Part shown: in pieces, positions 62,967 to 64,000 of the stretch
Layout of the letters: each line of letters starts with the position of its first letter
Position numbering within the stretch: the first letter of the stretch is position 1
Assembly (NCBI GenBank): GCA_035701505.1
Contig: DASSSA010000133.1
Location: 11,748-75,747 of the forward strand
From: Actinomycetota bacterium
Lineage (GTDB): Bacteria > Actinomycetota > UBA4738 > HRBIN12
DNA: 64,000 nt
Reading direction: 5' to 3'
Notes under the pieces: generated by a model
The model's database searches: none
What the model was told of the DNA's origin: nothing
The model's input: the letters and a program-made list of their open reading frames with translations, nothing else
Translations under genes and position numbers: made by a program

Positions 62967-64000
62967 GTGAACGGCCTCGACCTCGTGATCGTGATCCTCG
63001 TCGCCCTCACAGCATTCACCGGTTTTCGGCGGGGCGCGCTCCTCCAGCTGTTCTCGTACGCCGGCCTGATCCTGGGGGTGCTGGCCGGCGCGCTGCTGGC
63101 GCCCGTCGTCGCATCTCAGGCCCAGAGCGACGCCTTGCAGGCTGGGATCGTCATCGCAGTGTTGCTCGGAATGGCAGGGATCGGCGACCTGCTCGGCTGG
63201 GTGGCCGGCACGTCGGTCCGGGCAAGGGCCCACGGGGTTCCCGTCGTGGGGACGGCCGACAAGGCCGGCGGCTCGGCGATCTCGGTGGTCGGGCTCCTGC
63301 TGGTCACGTGGTTCCTGGCCCTCAACCTTGTGAACGGACCGTTCCCCCGGGTCAACATCGCGATCCGGGGATCGGCCATCGTCAGGAGCCTCGACGCAGT
63401 GCTGCCACGTCCGCCCTCGCTCCCTGCCGAGGTACGCCGCTTCCTCAACCGACATGGGTTCCCCGACGTCTTCGCCGGGCTGCCGCCCGCTCCGACGGGC
63501 CCGGTGGACATGCCGAGCGAGGCGCAGGCTCGCCGGGCCTTCCAGGCCGCGGAGGCGAGCACCGTTCGGATCGTCGGCTCCGCCTGCGGCGAACTTCTAT
63601 CGGGGAGCGGCTTCGTGGTCTCAGGCGACTACGTCGTGACCAACGCCCATGTGATCGCCGGCGTCCACGGGCCGCAGGTGCAGGGACAGGACGGGACCTC
63701 GCGGCCGGGTACGACGGTGCTTTTCGATCCCAGTACTGACCTCGCCGTCCTCCATGTCGAGAGCTCGGCGGGGCAACCGCTTGCTCTGCTCTCCAGCCAG
63801 GTCGGTCGGGGGACCGGTGGGGCCACGCTGGGGTATCCGGGCGGGGGCGACCTGACCGGCACGCGGGCGGCGGTTCGCCGGCCCATCGACGCCGTCGTGG
63901 GACGCGACATCTACGGCACCCGCGAGGTCGAGCGCGATGTCTACGAGCTCCAGGCCAGGGTGGAGCCGGGCGACTCCGGCGGGCCGTTCGTCCTGCCGGA
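62967..64000 (+). CDS. MarP-like membrane serine protease (CvpA/colicin-V-production domain plus trypsin-like protease), 3'-truncated by the window end
   Basis: Not in the track because it has no in-window stop. My translation from the GTG at 62967 gives VNGLDLVIVILVALTAFTGFRRGALLQLFSYAGLILGVLAG... (CvpA TM helices), then ...GSGFVVSGDYVVTNAHV...D...VEPGDSGGPFVLP (catalytic His/Asp/Ser triad of a chymotrypsin fold). Confidence 0.75.
   Translation, partial: MNGLDLVIVILVALTAFTGFRRGALLQLFSYAGLILGVLAGALLAPVVASQAQSDALQAGIVIAVLLGMAGIGDLLGWVAGTSVRARAHGVPVVGTADKAGGSAISVVGLLLVTWFLALNLVNGPFPRVNIAIRGSAIVRSLDAVLPRPPSLPAEVRRFLNRHGFPDVFAGLPPAPTGPVDMPSEAQARRAFQAAEASTVRIVGSACGELLSGSGFVVSGDYVVTNAHVIAGVHGPQVQGQDGTSRPGTTVLFDPSTDLAVLHVESSAGQPLALLSSQVGRGTGGATLGYPGGGDLTGTRAAVRRPIDAVVGRDIYGTREVERDVYELQARVEPGDSGGPFVLP

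Overview
The window is a high-GC (about 70%), gene-dense chromosomal segment with roughly 70 protein-coding genes, about 60 of them on the minus strand. I found no rRNA, tRNA, CRISPR array, IS element or prophage signature. Gene content and order indicate a high-GC Gram-positive (actinobacterial-type) bacterium, possibly a deep-branching or thermophilic lineage given several archaeal-type genes. Two conserved actinobacterial synteny blocks are joined. The first is gatB-gatA-gatC ... folD-ligA ... mnmA-etfB-etfA (about 8-24 kb). The second is murA-atpCDGAHFEB(+atpI/atpZ) ... wecA-glyA-rpiB-LMW PTP-tsaC-prmC-prfA ... rpmE-rho (about 35-59 kb). Accessory modules are inserted into this backbone. 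They are: (1) a translationally coupled HD-GYP phosphodiesterase plus large HEAT-repeat protein that share a paralogous N-terminal domain; (2) etfBA translationally coupled to a pabB-pabC fusion and a DUF2007-like small protein; (3) a Fur-family regulator convergent with a NicO-type Ni/Co transporter, with TTGCA-type palindromes upstream of each; (4) an SCP2-ADH-SCP2-MeaB-acyl-CoA-mutase operon whose mutase is a lone catalytic subunit with no B12-binding partner in view; (5) murA-membrane protein-CPBP protease joined by overlapping start/stop codons; (6) speB (apparently frameshifted) plus potA-D-B-C inserted between wecA and the ATP-synthase operon; (7) an archaeal-type cyclic-2,3-diphosphoglycerate operon (cpgS plus 2-phosphoglycerate kinase) beside an Fsa-type transaldolase. 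Many long ORFs in the track that lie antisense to these genes are Arg/Pro/Gly-rich artefacts of GC-rich DNA and are rejected. Coordinates below come from my own reading of start codons and RBS-like motifs. All functional calls are motif- and memory-based, because no database search was possible.
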